Virus record (IMG/VR): IMGVR_UViG_3300025930_000007
Location: 1-64,000 of that record
DNA: 64,000 nucleotides
Strand: one strand, 5' to 3'
Part shown: in pieces, positions 30,836-40,253 of the stretch
Position numbering within the stretch: position 1 is the stretch's first letter
How the letters are laid out: each line of letters starts with the position of its first letter
Notes under the pieces: generated by a model
What the model was told of the DNA's origin: nothing
Seen by the model: only the letters and a program-made list of their open reading frames with translations
The model's database searches: none
Position numbers and translations under genes: made by a program

Positions 30836-31279
30836 GGAAGCGATAACTTCGAGCAGGACCTTGGGGAACTCAGCGGGCAGCTCAAGGCGCTCATGCCTAC
30901 CCTTGAGCGGATGGAGGCCCGGCTTCACCAGGCCCAGATCGATGCTGCGGCCGCAGAAGCACGGAATCAGGCCCTCCGCAAAGAATTCGATGACCTGAAA
31001 ACCAAGGTCTCCAACCGTCTGGCTGATCTTTACAAGAAGGCCCAAGATGCCGTTCTCGAAAACGGCAAAATCAAAAATCAGAACGGGAACCTGAAACGTG
31101 ATATCAAGGAAGCAGTAAATAATGCGGTACAGCCGTTGCTGACGCGCGTTACTGACTTGGAAACCAAGCTCACGGCAATTGAAGAGAAAAAAAAGAGCAT
31201 CTGGAATAAGGCTTGGGAAGTTGCGAAAATTCTGATGGCTGCCGGCGTTGGAGCAGTGGTGACCAAGCTGCTCAAGTAG
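30833..31279 (+). CDS. Coiled-coil protein with C-terminal TM helix
   Basis: Heptad-rich body; 'ILMAAGVGAVVTKLLK' end. Confidence 0.7.
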   Translation: MGSDNFEQDLGELSGQLKALMPTLERMEARLHQAQIDAAAAEARNQALRKEFDDLKTKVSNRLADLYKKAQDAVLENGKIKNQNGNLKRDIKEAVNNAVQPLLTRVTDLETKLTAIEEKKKSIWNKAWEVAKILMAAGVGAVVTKLLK

Positions 31280-31289
31280 GAGATCGACC

Positions 31290-31727
31290 ATGGACAAGAA
31301 GAAGAGGGTCCTGGTTGTCGAGGACGACAATGGAATCCGATTGGCCATCTCCAGCATCTTGGAGCGCCAGGGATACGAAGTGACCAACGTCACCGACGGC
31401 GAGAAGGCAATGGAACAGGTGGACAAGGCCGACGTCGTCCTGCTGGATATCTTTCTGCCCAAGATCACGGGGGACGAGTTCCTGAGACGGATCCGAAACA
31501 AAGGGAATATGGTGCCCGTCGTCCTCATGAGCGCCGCAATGCCGGAGGCTGAAGCAATGGAATGCTTCAAGCCATTCAAAGTGGTCGATTACGTGGCAAA
31601 GCCGTTCCGAACCAAGGAACTGGTCGAGAAGGTCAACAAAGCGGCTTCAATCGCGGACAATCTTTCCGTGGTCAAGAACACGGCGGATCGACTGAAGGGC
31701 TTCATCAGCCGGCAGGCGGCTCTCTGA
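31290..31727 (+). CDS. Single-domain response regulator (CheY-like receiver)
   Basis: 'VLVVEDD', 'LLDIFLPKITG', 'LMSA', 'KPF'. Confidence 0.9.
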   Translation: MDKKKRVLVVEDDNGIRLAISSILERQGYEVTNVTDGEKAMEQVDKADVVLLDIFLPKITGDEFLRRIRNKGNMVPVVLMSAAMPEAEAMECFKPFKVVDYVAKPFRTKELVEKVNKAASIADNLSVVKNTADRLKGFISRQAAL

Positions 31728-31728
31728 G

Positions 31729-32286
31729 ATGAGCTTCGAATCCTACCTTGGCGCCGTTGTGGAAGCGGAAGCCGCCTCCGGCGCATCCCAGAAAGCCCTT
31801 GAAGAGATGATCGCGGAGATCATCGGCATCTTCAAAGATCCCGTCATCCTCTATCCGGGAGGCTGGGAAGACTCCTTGCCTCCTACACTCTGGGAGATGA
31901 TTCGCCTGGAGCGCTTGGTCCAGCAGATGAAGGCGAAGGGCAAGAAGATCGAGGAATCGACCGACGCGGAGGCCATGGCATACCTCTATTCGGCATCGCT
32001 CGTAGCCCCCATGAGCAATGATTGGGCGAGCATCTACATGTGGCTTGGAAGAGATCTGTTGCCGGAGGGCGTTCCCAGAGATCAGTTCGTGCCGAAGGCC
32101 CTCAGCAGCGATCAGCAGCGCCAGCTTGATGACCTGAAGCGCTGGATTTACCGGAAGAAGACTTCTGGAAGAAAGAGCATCAAGCCATATCCCCTGGAAA
32201 AGCCTTCCAGAAAGAAGAAGGCCAGGAAGCTGCAGCCGGCAATCGGCGATCTCTATGGGCCCGAGATCATCGAAGCCGAGTACTAG
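31729..32286 (+). CDS. Conserved-looking hypothetical protein
   Basis: 'TDAEAMAYLYSASLVAPMSNDWASIY' motif; ORF coupled to the upstream gene. Confidence 0.7.
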   Translation: MSFESYLGAVVEAEAASGASQKALEEMIAEIIGIFKDPVILYPGGWEDSLPPTLWEMIRLERLVQQMKAKGKKIEESTDAEAMAYLYSASLVAPMSNDWASIYMWLGRDLLPEGVPRDQFVPKALSSDQQRQLDDLKRWIYRKKTSGRKSIKPYPLEKPSRKKKARKLQPAIGDLYGPEIIEAEY

Positions 32287-32328
32287 TCCCGGCACCCCCG
32301 GGCAAACGTGAAAAAACGCGATCTCCTG

Positions 32329-32460
32329 TTGAATTTCATAGCCCATCCCGTATAATCAAGTCGCCTTCCCCCAAGGCACCTGTAGTGGTCTGGCAGACAA
32401 TTCCGCCCAACGAGACAATATGTCTATTTGCAACTTGAGTGGCGGAGAAAAAAAATCATG
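32329..32460 (+). promoter_or_regulatory. Promoter plus conserved leader element, copy 8
   Basis: TTGAAT-16-TATAAT; GCCTT/CCCCC/AAGGC; TCCGCCC at 32402-32408 can pair with GGCGGAG (the SD) before ATG 32458. Confidence 0.75.
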
Positions 32461-33258
32461 ACGGCTCCGCAAATCTATCCTTTCGTCGTTGATCAGACTC
32501 GCCATGGGGGCACGGGATCGGGCCAACGTCATGGATTCAACCTGATGGCCGGTCCGCGCTGGAAGACGGATCCCAATGCCGCTCCCCAGCAGCAAGCCCA
32601 TGCTCCGGCCCCGGTTCAAGCCATGGTCCGCCAGGAAATCGCGCCTCCTCCCATGAGGCTCGGAGAACTGGGGTACGGACTCATGGCGGCTCCGCAGCTT
32701 ACGGCGGACCAGGTCAAGGCCATTCAGACTGCGGCGGGTCCGCTCGTCGAGGCGATCCGGACGGAGCTCGAGGGCCTCAAGCTTGAAGGAAGAACGCTCA
32801 GTCCTGAGAGCATCCGGGAAAACCCGGATATCTACAAGAGCATCAGCGAACTGGGGCTTTACTTCACGCCGGCCGAGATGCGGACTCAGGTCATCACGGA
32901 TACCAAGGCCTTGATGGGTGAGGCGTCGCGTCTTCTTACGGGCGCGGTAGCGTCCTATCTGACAGAACCCCAGGTGACGGCCCTCAATACGGCTGTCAAT
33001 GATTCCAGGGATCTCATCGCCTATCTTCAGCAGTTCGACATCAGCCCGGTGACGGGCGCAAAGTCGAAGCTGTCGGACGATGAAGTCAAGCAACGCCTTA
33101 CCGCTATCCGCTCCGCGGTCGCGGATACCGAAAAGATGGTCGTCTCACAGGAAGCTCCAAGCGTTCCAGTCGCCGAAGACAGCGGAAGCACGATCGGCAC
33201 GATCATCGCGCTTGGCGTGCTTGCGGCCGTGGGTTGGTATCTGATCGATCAAGGGTAG
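32458..33258 (+). CDS. Helical protein with RLGE leader motif and C-terminal TM
   Basis: 'PPMRLGE'; TM 'IGTIIALGVLAAVGWYL'. Confidence 0.75.
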   Translation: MTAPQIYPFVVDQTRHGGTGSGQRHGFNLMAGPRWKTDPNAAPQQQAHAPAPVQAMVRQEIAPPPMRLGELGYGLMAAPQLTADQVKAIQTAAGPLVEAIRTELEGLKLEGRTLSPESIRENPDIYKSISELGLYFTPAEMRTQVITDTKALMGEASRLLTGAVASYLTEPQVTALNTAVNDSRDLIAYLQQFDISPVTGAKSKLSDDEVKQRLTAIRSAVADTEKMVVSQEAPSVPVAEDSGSTIGTIIALGVLAAVGWYLIDQG

Positions 33259-33269
33259 GAGGGCAGGCA

Positions 33270-33644
33270 ATGGATGGGAACTTCACTCAGTGGGATCTCC
33301 TGACGTATCCAGGGCTGATGGCGGCGGTCATCGCCATCATCGGCGCGATCAAGAAGTTGTTCCCGAGCTGGGCCGTGGACAAGGAACCCTATCTCGGCTT
33401 GGCTTTCTCCTATGTGCTGGGCATCGCGACCAAGCTTTCGATTCCCGGGGCCTTTGCCAAGGTCCACTGGATCGTCTTCCTGGTCTCCCTGCTGTTCGTG
33501 GCGGTGGGTGCCAAGCTCGGTCATGATCACCTTCTGAACGAGGTCATCAAGGGGCATTCGCCGGATAAGAAGCTCGATGAGAAGGTCACCGAGAAGGTCG
33601 AAGAGAAGATCGAAGAGAAGATCGCGGAAATCAAGAAAGCCTAA
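33270..33644 (+). CDS. Three-TM holin-like membrane protein
   Basis: Three hydrophobic helices plus a highly charged C-tail; GGAGG SD. Confidence 0.55.
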   Translation: MDGNFTQWDLLTYPGLMAAVIAIIGAIKKLFPSWAVDKEPYLGLAFSYVLGIATKLSIPGAFAKVHWIVFLVSLLFVAVGAKLGHDHLLNEVIKGHSPDKKLDEKVTEKVEEKIEEKIAEIKKA

Positions 33645-33653
33645 GGAGAACCC

Positions 33654-33896
33654 GTGAAGAAACTGGCCATCGCGCTCCTGTCGTGCGTCCTAGCGCTCTC
33701 GCTCTCCTCCTGCAAGTGCTCGGTTGAGAAGACCGCAGTGACGCAGGTTGAGAACAGCCACAAGCTGATCGCCACCAAGTTGCTCAAATACGTGGATGCG
33801 GATGCATCGCTCGATGCGAAGGCCAAGGATGACTGGCACAAGCTGGTCGAATCCGACCAGCGGAATATCGACGCCCTCAAGAAGGCGATGGAGTAA
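33654..33896 (+). CDS. Small lipoprotein
   Basis: MKK + hydrophobic core + LSSC lipobox. Confidence 0.7.
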   Translation: MKKLAIALLSCVLALSLSSCKCSVEKTAVTQVENSHKLIATKLLKYVDADASLDAKAKDDWHKLVESDQRNIDALKKAME

Positions 33897-33899
33897 GGC

Positions 33900-34250
33900 A
33901 TGGCCATCGACTACGCCAAAATCGTCGAGGACCTGAAGAACTCGATCATCGCCCCGGTCACCGAGGCCGCGAAGAAACTGCTTCGTGACAATCAGGATGC
34001 TGCTCAGTTCCTCGAGGAGCGGGCCAAGCGCGTTGCCGAGCTCGGCGTCGAGTACCTGAAGGCTTCGGACGATGCCGCCCGGGCACAGGTGATCGAACAG
34101 CTCGAGGTGGTCAAGCAGTCGATCCAGAACGAGATCTCTCAGGTCGCGGTGAATGCCTCTGCCGCGGCTCGGGCGACCTTCAAGAACGTGCTGGACGTCG
34201 CGCTGGGCGTTCTGATCAAGGCTCTTCCGATCATCGTATCGGCTCTTTAA
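33900..34250 (+). CDS. Helical hypothetical protein
   Basis: SD present; amphipathic helices. Confidence 0.7.
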   Translation: MAIDYAKIVEDLKNSIIAPVTEAAKKLLRDNQDAAQFLEERAKRVAELGVEYLKASDDAARAQVIEQLEVVKQSIQNEISQVAVNASAAARATFKNVLDVALGVLIKALPIIVSAL

Positions 34251-34261
34251 GGTGGAATGAC

Positions 34262-34432
34262 GTGTTCGATCATTTCGACGATCAGGGGGCCATCCGGTGC
34301 GCGGTGGCGGATATCCTGATCATCGTGTCGAAGAAGAACTGTCCGGATGAGATCAAGAAGGAAATCCGGGCACTTCTGGAGAAGGCTGTGGACGTGGCGC
34401 ACAAGAACAGCATCGAGGAGATGAAAGCGTGA
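34262..34432 (+). CDS. Small hypothetical protein (56 aa, not in the ORF track)
   Basis: GTG..TGA frame MFDHFDDQGAIRC..EEMKA fills the gap and overlaps the next start. Confidence 0.5.
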   Translation: MFDHFDDQGAIRCAVADILIIVSKKNCPDEIKKEIRALLEKAVDVAHKNSIEEMKA

Positions 34433-35130
34433 GCGAGCCTTTCCAGGTCAAGCCGAAGAGCCAGAAGTCGGAGAGTATCCGGCAGTGGTATGGACGTACC
34501 ACATCCGGAGCTAGGAAGGCTCTCTTGATCTTCTCGGCCCTCGCGATCGGCGTGGCCGTTCTCCTCTTCATCTATGCTCCCCAATCGATGCATCAATCGC
34601 TCCAGCAGTTCAACGGCGCTTATGTCATCCCGGTCGCCGGAGGCATCTGGATTGCCGGGTTCCTGTACATCTTCCTCATTCCGCAGCGCGAGGTCGGCTT
34701 CCGTAGCCAGGAGTTCATCGAATCCATGGCGACTGTGGTGAAGGAGACGATCGAGAAGGATATCGTCCCCGCCGCCATCGTTTGGAAACGCCTCGGTGAA
34801 AAACTGGAAGAACAGCTTCCAATCTTCATGAAGAAGCTGGATGAAGGCGTTCTCGAGATCCGCGCGGCCTCCCAGAAGCTTTCGGGAGCCATCGAGAAGA
34901 ACGAAGGACTTGCTGCAGAAGCAAAGCCTGCGATCGAAGCCCTGCGCCGGATCGAGGCGAAAGTCGAAGAAGAAATCAAGGGCGGCTTCTTCGAAAACGT
35001 CAAGGCCACAATGGAATCCGTCCGCGGATTCGCCGGGATCCCCAAGCAGGCCGATGCCGAAGAAGACTTGAGCTACGCCCTGCAGTCCATCCGGAAGAAT
35101 AAGGAGAAGGCTGCCGGGAGGACCTCGTGA
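34429..35130 (+). CDS. Two-TM coiled-coil membrane protein
   Basis: Two N-terminal hydrophobic helices. Confidence 0.7.
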   Translation: MSEPFQVKPKSQKSESIRQWYGRTTSGARKALLIFSALAIGVAVLLFIYAPQSMHQSLQQFNGAYVIPVAGGIWIAGFLYIFLIPQREVGFRSQEFIESMATVVKETIEKDIVPAAIVWKRLGEKLEEQLPIFMKKLDEGVLEIRAASQKLSGAIEKNEGLAAEAKPAIEALRRIEAKVEEEIKGGFFENVKATMESVRGFAGIPKQADAEEDLSYALQSIRKNKEKAAGRTS

Positions 35131-35318
35131 GCCGTCTTCGGTGGGTCCCGGCCAAAGCGAAGCTGGGACAGTCGGAGCCGATGATTTCGGCGCCCATATA
35201 TAGCCAGGAGCAGCCTGCGCCGGCCGACAAGAGGGTGTTTCTTGAAAAAGTCATCTATGGTGGCCTGATTTTGGCAGGTGCCGCGGCCTTCATAACCTTT
35301 GTCTTTGGGAAGGACTAG
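35127..35318 (+). CDS. Small LGQ-leader membrane protein
   Basis: MSRLRWVPAKAKLGQ + C-terminal TM. Confidence 0.7.
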   Translation: MSRLRWVPAKAKLGQSEPMISAPIYSQEQPAPADKRVFLEKVIYGGLILAGAAAFITFVFGKD

Positions 35319-35327
35319 GAGCTTGGC

Positions 35328-35723
35328 ATGAGAAGCATGTTCGTGAACGCGGCCTTCAGCCGATACGATCTGGGGCGTCATGCCCTGGGCGGCGGCGTCG
35401 GCCTACCCAGGCTCCAGCTTGGCGCCGGTTCGCCCGGTCTGCTGTCGCAGATCCAGGCGCTCGCGAGCGAGACGGACAAAGCTGCGCTCAAGAAAAAATA
35501 TGATGAGTGCGAGAGCAAGAGCGGCACGGCGGAGATCGTCTGCTATGCGGGATTGGCTGCTGACATCTACGCTGGCAGGACAGGCACCACCGCCACAACT
35601 CCAGCGCCGATGCCGATGCCGCAGCCTGCGCCGGCCTCGTCTTTCCCAATCGTACCCGTGCTGATCGCGACTTTGGGCGCCGGCGCGCTCATCTATTTCC
35701 TGGTCTCCAGAGGTAAGAAATAG
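35328..35723 (+). CDS. LGA-leader membrane protein
   Basis: 'LPRLQLGA'; C-terminal TM followed by GKK. Confidence 0.75.
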   Translation: MRSMFVNAAFSRYDLGRHALGGGVGLPRLQLGAGSPGLLSQIQALASETDKAALKKKYDECESKSGTAEIVCYAGLAADIYAGRTGTTATTPAPMPMPQPAPASSFPIVPVLIATLGAGALIYFLVSRGKK

Positions 35724-36244
35724 TGTTCGGACAGAGTGGTTTCCGTCCTATGGGATCCCAAGGGCTTCGGATGGCGCCGATGGCTAACGGCCATGGTAGC
35801 GCGGCCCGGATGGGCCAGGCTACTTCTGCCGCGGCCTGGTGGCCGTCTGAAGGATTGGCGACCGTCCAGGCATGGGACGCTCTGCTTGCCCGGACGGCAA
35901 AGCTGGCCGACAAGAATGCCCAGACGCAAATTCTGGACTGGGTCGGACGTTCGGATACTCCCAGCAGCCCGGCCGAACGATACCAGGTCGTCGTCAACGA
36001 CATCAATTCGCAATTCAGCCCCTCGACGGATGCGGAAATTGCGAGCTTGAGACAGCGGCTCGATCAACTTGAGAGTTTTCTTCATCAACTCGAAGCGAAA
36101 GTGAAGGCTGCGGAACAGTCTTCCGGTGCGCTTCCGGCTTCGTCTGAAGCCCGGAGCACGCCGGAACGGGACATGATGATGGAGTGCGTAACCGCGGGCA
36201 TTGCGCTCCTCGGGCTCATCATCCTGCCCTTGGTTCTGGATTGA
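35723..36244 (+). CDS. MGQ-leader helical membrane protein, paralog family A
   Basis: 'AARMGQ'; 'WDALLARTAKLADK..QILDWVG' matches 48894, 49461 and 50037. Confidence 0.75.
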   Translation: MFGQSGFRPMGSQGLRMAPMANGHGSAARMGQATSAAAWWPSEGLATVQAWDALLARTAKLADKNAQTQILDWVGRSDTPSSPAERYQVVVNDINSQFSPSTDAEIASLRQRLDQLESFLHQLEAKVKAAEQSSGALPASSEARSTPERDMMMECVTAGIALLGLIILPLVLD

Positions 36245-36258
36245 CGGAGGGATTTCCG

Positions 36259-36375
36259 ATGATCGTCCGGGTGAAGATGAAGGCGAGCGGTGCGTGCCGG
36301 AAGGGTTCGCGGCACATCAAGGGCCGGAAGGGCTGCTGGCGCAAGACCGGCTCGAGCATGGGGAAGAGGAAGTAG
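36259..36375 (+). CDS. Very small basic protein (38 aa), possibly nucleic-acid binding
   Basis: GGAGG SD; K/R-rich with two Cys. Confidence 0.5.
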   Translation: MIVRVKMKASGACRKGSRHIKGRKGCWRKTGSSMGKRK

Positions 36376-36463
36376 GAAGCTTAGGGGCTTTCGGCCTCCC
36401 CTTCGCCAAGGGAGGCCGAAAAACTCCCTTTTCAGCTTCTACGAATAAAAGGAGAAAAGAACT

Positions 36464-36931
36464 ATGGGCAGCTTGGACAACTTCAAGCCTGCTGGCGGCG
36501 TGCAGGTCAATGCGTATGCCCTGTCCGGACCCTCGGGTCCTCCTCAGGGTGTGCCCATCGGCAAGCCGAACGGCCAGTACACGCAGCCGATCCTGCAGCA
36601 GGGTCAGCAGCAGGTCATTCAGCAGCCGGTGACGGGTGGAACGATGTTCGGCGGCGGCGCTCCTCAGGGAGCTCCCAAGGGCGCGCAGCCCGTTCCGCTG
36701 GCCGGATCTCCGATGATGGCCGGAAACAACGGGCCGAAGCTGCCGCTGTCCCCTCAGGGCCAGCAGGCGCAGGCGGCTCTTCAGGGTCCGAAGGCCCCGT
36801 CGGACAGCGAGGTCCACATCATCAAGGTCGAAGGGAAGGGCTTGGACGGCAAGACGTATATCGCCGAGTTCGAGGCTCTGTTCCCCCGCGGCACGAAGGT
36901 GATGGGCGTCACGGAGGTCGAGCCCGGATAA
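36464..36931 (+). CDS. Pro/Gly/Gln-rich protein with a small C-terminal beta domain
   Basis: AAGGAG SD; preceded by a hairpin at about 36390-36420. Confidence 0.75.
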   Translation: MGSLDNFKPAGGVQVNAYALSGPSGPPQGVPIGKPNGQYTQPILQQGQQQVIQQPVTGGTMFGGGAPQGAPKGAQPVPLAGSPMMAGNNGPKLPLSPQGQQAQAALQGPKAPSDSEVHIIKVEGKGLDGKTYIAEFEALFPRGTKVMGVTEVEPG

Positions 36932-36941
36932 GGAGGCGTCT

Positions 36942-37358
36942 GTGAACCTGCTTCTGGATCCAAGATCTGCGGCTCTGCTGGCTGAAAAGACCGCGCACCT
37001 GATCGTCGCTGGACGTGAGCTTTCGGCATTCGGAGAAGAGGATCCTTCGCTGGCCGGCGAGTGCGGCGTGGAGATCTGTTCTCTGGAGGCGAGGACCATT
37101 CTATCGAGCGGCGCTCCTATTCGCGTAGCTCAGTTGGCAGGAGAAGCAGCCAGATCCAGGCGGCAGGTGAGCGTTTCCTCCCAGGACCTCGAGACGCTGT
37201 CTCGGCTGGAAGCTGTGGTCGCAATGGGATCTTCAAGGATCGGCCTGAAACTGGCGACGCTAGATGCTTCGGCTTCTCAGGAACCGATGGCAAGGCTTGG
37301 AAATCTGATCGGTCTTGCGACCGGAGCAGCCGGTTTGATTCGGAGCCTTCTCTCGTAA
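36942..37358 (+). CDS. Helical protein, paralog family B
   Basis: AAGGAGG SD; 'VSVSSQDLETLSRLEAVV'. Confidence 0.7.
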   Translation: MNLLLDPRSAALLAEKTAHLIVAGRELSAFGEEDPSLAGECGVEICSLEARTILSSGAPIRVAQLAGEAARSRRQVSVSSQDLETLSRLEAVVAMGSSRIGLKLATLDASASQEPMARLGNLIGLATGAAGLIRSLLS

Positions 37359-37368
37359 GAGAATAACC

Positions 37369-38253
37369 ATGGATTCGAACGTAAAGTCCGAAGGTGGGCG
37401 CAAGCTCATCGTTGCTCAGCCAAAGAGCGATGAGAAGTGCGTTCATGGCAAAGAAAAAGGCATGGGCTGCTGCGGCTACGACGAGCTGGCCGTAAAGCCT
37501 GCCACCACCAGGCCGATCACCTTCGGAACGAGCATCCCGAAGGCGAAGCCGAAGGCGGAAGAAAAGCCGGAACCTGAGATGGGCGCGCGTCCGCGTATCC
37601 AGGCGAAGGCCATGCCGGCACCGGACATTCAGCTTCCAATGGCGCCTCAGGGGATTCCTGTTCAGGGCGCCAATGGTGGGCGCATCCCGGATAACAACAT
37701 GGGCATGGGTGCCCAGGCCCGTAGTTTTTTCGATGCTCCAAAAGCTCAGCCTCAGATTCAAGCTGCTCAACAGCGTCCTCGGGTCACCGCCGTTGCGATG
37801 GGTCAGACTCCGGCCCCGGAAGCTCCTGCTCCTACGCCTGCGCCTCCTCCTCCAGCACCGCCAAGCCCTCCCAAGATCGAGGCGATTCTGAAGAGAGAGG
37901 CGACGCCAGAAGGACTGACCAAGGTCGAGGCTCAGGATCTCGCAATGGCTCTCGCTCCAGCCCTGGAAAATTCGGCCCTGGCCTTGGCGGAAGGGGAACA
38001 GTGTTTCGGAATAGACAATTCCACTCTGGTAAAAGCGACCGGCCTTCGGGACGGCCTGACCAAGTTCGCGACGACGGCCGCGGATAATGCGCGTCTGCAG
38101 ATCGAGGTCAAGGACATCACGCTCATGGAACAGGTCCTCGATTGCAGCGCGATCTATCTGAACAAGAAGCAGGCCGATATGGCCAAGACCGTGGCGTTCG
38201 TGGCCGGAGGTCTCCTCGTAGGCGGTGCCATCCTCTGGTGGGTGAATTCATGA
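37369..38253 (+). CDS. Long-leader MGQ membrane protein, family B
   Basis: MGA and MGQ motifs, Pro-rich linker, C-terminal TM. Confidence 0.75.
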   Translation: MDSNVKSEGGRKLIVAQPKSDEKCVHGKEKGMGCCGYDELAVKPATTRPITFGTSIPKAKPKAEEKPEPEMGARPRIQAKAMPAPDIQLPMAPQGIPVQGANGGRIPDNNMGMGAQARSFFDAPKAQPQIQAAQQRPRVTAVAMGQTPAPEAPAPTPAPPPPAPPSPPKIEAILKREATPEGLTKVEAQDLAMALAPALENSALALAEGEQCFGIDNSTLVKATGLRDGLTKFATTAADNARLQIEVKDITLMEQVLDCSAIYLNKKQADMAKTVAFVAGGLLVGGAILWWVNS

Positions 38254-38555
38254 TGGGACCAAGTCGTATTCCTATCGTTCATAATCGGGCTTTCGGCCAC
38301 GTCGCGCTGTTTCCGATGGCGCCGACGATCGCCGGCCGGGGCAATCGGCTGGGCGAACCGCCAGGCCCGACGATCGATGGGAGCACGATCGACTATCAGA
38401 AGACGAAGGACTATTACGAGGGCATTCGCAACAATTACGGCGCGCTGGTTTCGCTGATCGGTGAAGATTCAGCGAAAGCGGCGCTGGATGAAGCGAAACA
38501 GTCTTATGAGGAGGCTCTTCAGGCTTGGACGGCGTCCCAGCCGACGAGGATCTGA
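38250..38555 (+). CDS. LGE-leader small helical protein
   Basis: ATGA overlap; 'GRGNRLGE'. Confidence 0.65.
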   Translation: MMGPSRIPIVHNRAFGHVALFPMAPTIAGRGNRLGEPPGPTIDGSTIDYQKTKDYYEGIRNNYGALVSLIGEDSAKAALDEAKQSYEEALQAWTASQPTRI

Positions 38556-38557
38556 CC

Positions 38558-38899
38558 ATGAGATGGCGCCTGTGTCAGTGCGAGATCAATGGACTCGTTC
38601 GTCCTACGAATGGACCTCTCCGGATCAAATGGACGGACATCAAGGACAAGGATGTCCTCAGGGCTCGGCTATCCGGCCCGCAAGGCGGGACTGCGCACAC
38701 GGTCCGGATCCAGGGCAAGTATTTCTACGTCGGGCCCGACAAGGAGTTTCGGGAGGTCCCGGCGGATACTCTGACCGATGCTCTTCATGCGGGAGTATTC
38801 ATGCGCAATGAAGAGATCAAGGCCAAAAAGAAACTGCCTCACAAGAAGCGGCCGATGCCGCACGTATCCCTCAGCAAACCGAAAAAGAAGAAGGCTTAG
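38558..38899 (+). CDS. Basic hypothetical protein
   Basis: GAGGA SD; Lys-rich tail. Confidence 0.6.
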   Translation: MRWRLCQCEINGLVRPTNGPLRIKWTDIKDKDVLRARLSGPQGGTAHTVRIQGKYFYVGPDKEFREVPADTLTDALHAGVFMRNEEIKAKKKLPHKKRPMPHVSLSKPKKKKA

Positions 38900-38907
38900 G
38901 AGGATCT

Positions 38908-39258
38908 ATGATGACCGTGGTTCCTATTTCGAAGGCGGCCCCGGGCTGGAGCCCGTCGCCTTTCCAGGCGCCTGTGCTGAAGCCCGCCGCGCGGCCGATG
39001 CTGGCTCAGGCGGTCGTGGCCACGCCGTCGACGCCTCCAGGCACGGTCATCGTGAATCCACCGACGACGCCTCCACCTTTCGTGGATAGCGCGTTTGTGA
39101 ACGCGATCGTCGCGGGCCTGGGGACGGTGGCCTGGTACACCATGACGAGGGCGTTCTACAGCGCCGAACGCTACAAGACGGCGATCTTCACGGGCACTCT
39201 GACCGGGCTTCTCGGCATCAAGACTCTGTTTGATATCTGGGATCTGCGTGTGCGATAG
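38908..39258 (+). CDS. Two-TM membrane protein with basic Pro-rich leader (MLAQ variant)
   Basis: AGGAGG SD; two TM segments. Confidence 0.7.
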   Translation: MMTVVPISKAAPGWSPSPFQAPVLKPAARPMLAQAVVATPSTPPGTVIVNPPTTPPPFVDSAFVNAIVAGLGTVAWYTMTRAFYSAERYKTAIFTGTLTGLLGIKTLFDIWDLRVR

Positions 39259-39269
39259 AGGATGAAGCG

Positions 39270-39542
39270 ATGATTGCAAAGCCGAACAAGATGTCCTGGG
39301 CGCCGGCGCCAATGAAGCGCATGCCGATCCCTGCATCCAGACCGAATCTGGGGCAGCAGCCGCCGAAGACGGCCTTGTCGTCCAAGGAAGTCGCGATTGC
39401 GACCGACATGGCGGTGCTGACCGGCTCGGCGCTGATGGTCTGGGCGAACAAGAAGGCCGGAAATGACTGGAGCACCTTCTGGTGGATCGTCAGCGGCGTC
39501 ACGGCAATGAAGATGCTGCACGACTTCTCCAGGCCCTACTAA
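39270..39542 (+). CDS. LGQ-leader two-TM protein
   Basis: 'SRPNLGQ'. Confidence 0.7.
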   Translation: MIAKPNKMSWAPAPMKRMPIPASRPNLGQQPPKTALSSKEVAIATDMAVLTGSALMVWANKKAGNDWSTFWWIVSGVTAMKMLHDFSRPY

Positions 39543-39555
39543 CAGGGGGATCACG

Positions 39556-39822
39556 ATGAAGATCAAGCTCTCGGATCTTCCGGTAGGGAACTGTTTCACC
39601 GGAAAGAACGGTGAAATGAAGAAGAAGATCGGCGATCGGAAGGTCGCGACCGTCGGAGAGATGAGCGGTCGCGTCCGGACCCGCAAGGTGAAGGGTAATC
39701 CCGAAGTCGAGCCTTCGCCGTGTTCGCTCCGGCTGTTCGGAGTCGGATTGCGTCGGCATCCCGACCTGATGGTGGAGATCGGCGACGGTAACCCCCTGAA
39801 GAACAAGAAGAACAGCAAATAG
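39556..39822 (+). CDS. Small basic protein
   Basis: K/R-rich; SD present. Confidence 0.65.
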   Translation: MKIKLSDLPVGNCFTGKNGEMKKKIGDRKVATVGEMSGRVRTRKVKGNPEVEPSPCSLRLFGVGLRRHPDLMVEIGDGNPLKNKKNSK

Positions 39823-39836
39823 ACGAGGGGAAATTT

Positions 39837-40241
39837 ATGAAACTGAAGATTCAGATGGGTGCCCGCGAACTGGTCGAGCTCGGCCGCGGCTGCGGCCCCG
39901 GGCAGATCATGCGCCACGGCTTCACCCGAAAAGACGGCGTATACGTTCCTCCCGGCTGCGTGAAAGATCAAGGCGCTAGGGGCCGGACGCCGGCGTCCAA
40001 GAGGATCCTCCCTCAGCCGAAGGCCGGCATGCTGAAGGGCTGGGAAGCCAAGAAGAGCGCAGAGCAGCGTCATGCCTCTCTCCGCAAGGCCGTCAAGGCG
40101 GAAGGCTGCCGCAACGTCATCAATCGGCTCAGCCTCGAGCGTGGCTTCACGAAGACAACATCTCCCAAGACTGCGGCGACTGCCAAGAAAGATTGGCAGT
40201 GGCTTCGTAAGCAGGGCTTCTGCAAGCTCAAGACCAAATAG
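39837..40241 (+). CDS. Basic protein resembling a conserved giant-virus (NCLDV) hypothetical family
   Basis: 'CGPGQIMRHGFTRKDGV..CVKDQG..RHASLRKAVK..RL..KKDWQWL' pattern recalled from NCLDV proteins; unverified. Confidence 0.65.
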   Translation: MKLKIQMGARELVELGRGCGPGQIMRHGFTRKDGVYVPPGCVKDQGARGRTPASKRILPQPKAGMLKGWEAKKSAEQRHASLRKAVKAEGCRNVINRLSLERGFTKTTSPKTAATAKKDWQWLRKQGFCKLKTK

Positions 40242-40253
40242 TGATCGAGGAAT

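Noticed and set aside
33270-34250. Holin/spanin lysis cassette
   Set aside because: Topology is suggestive, but no endolysin is adjacent, so a lysis role is not supported
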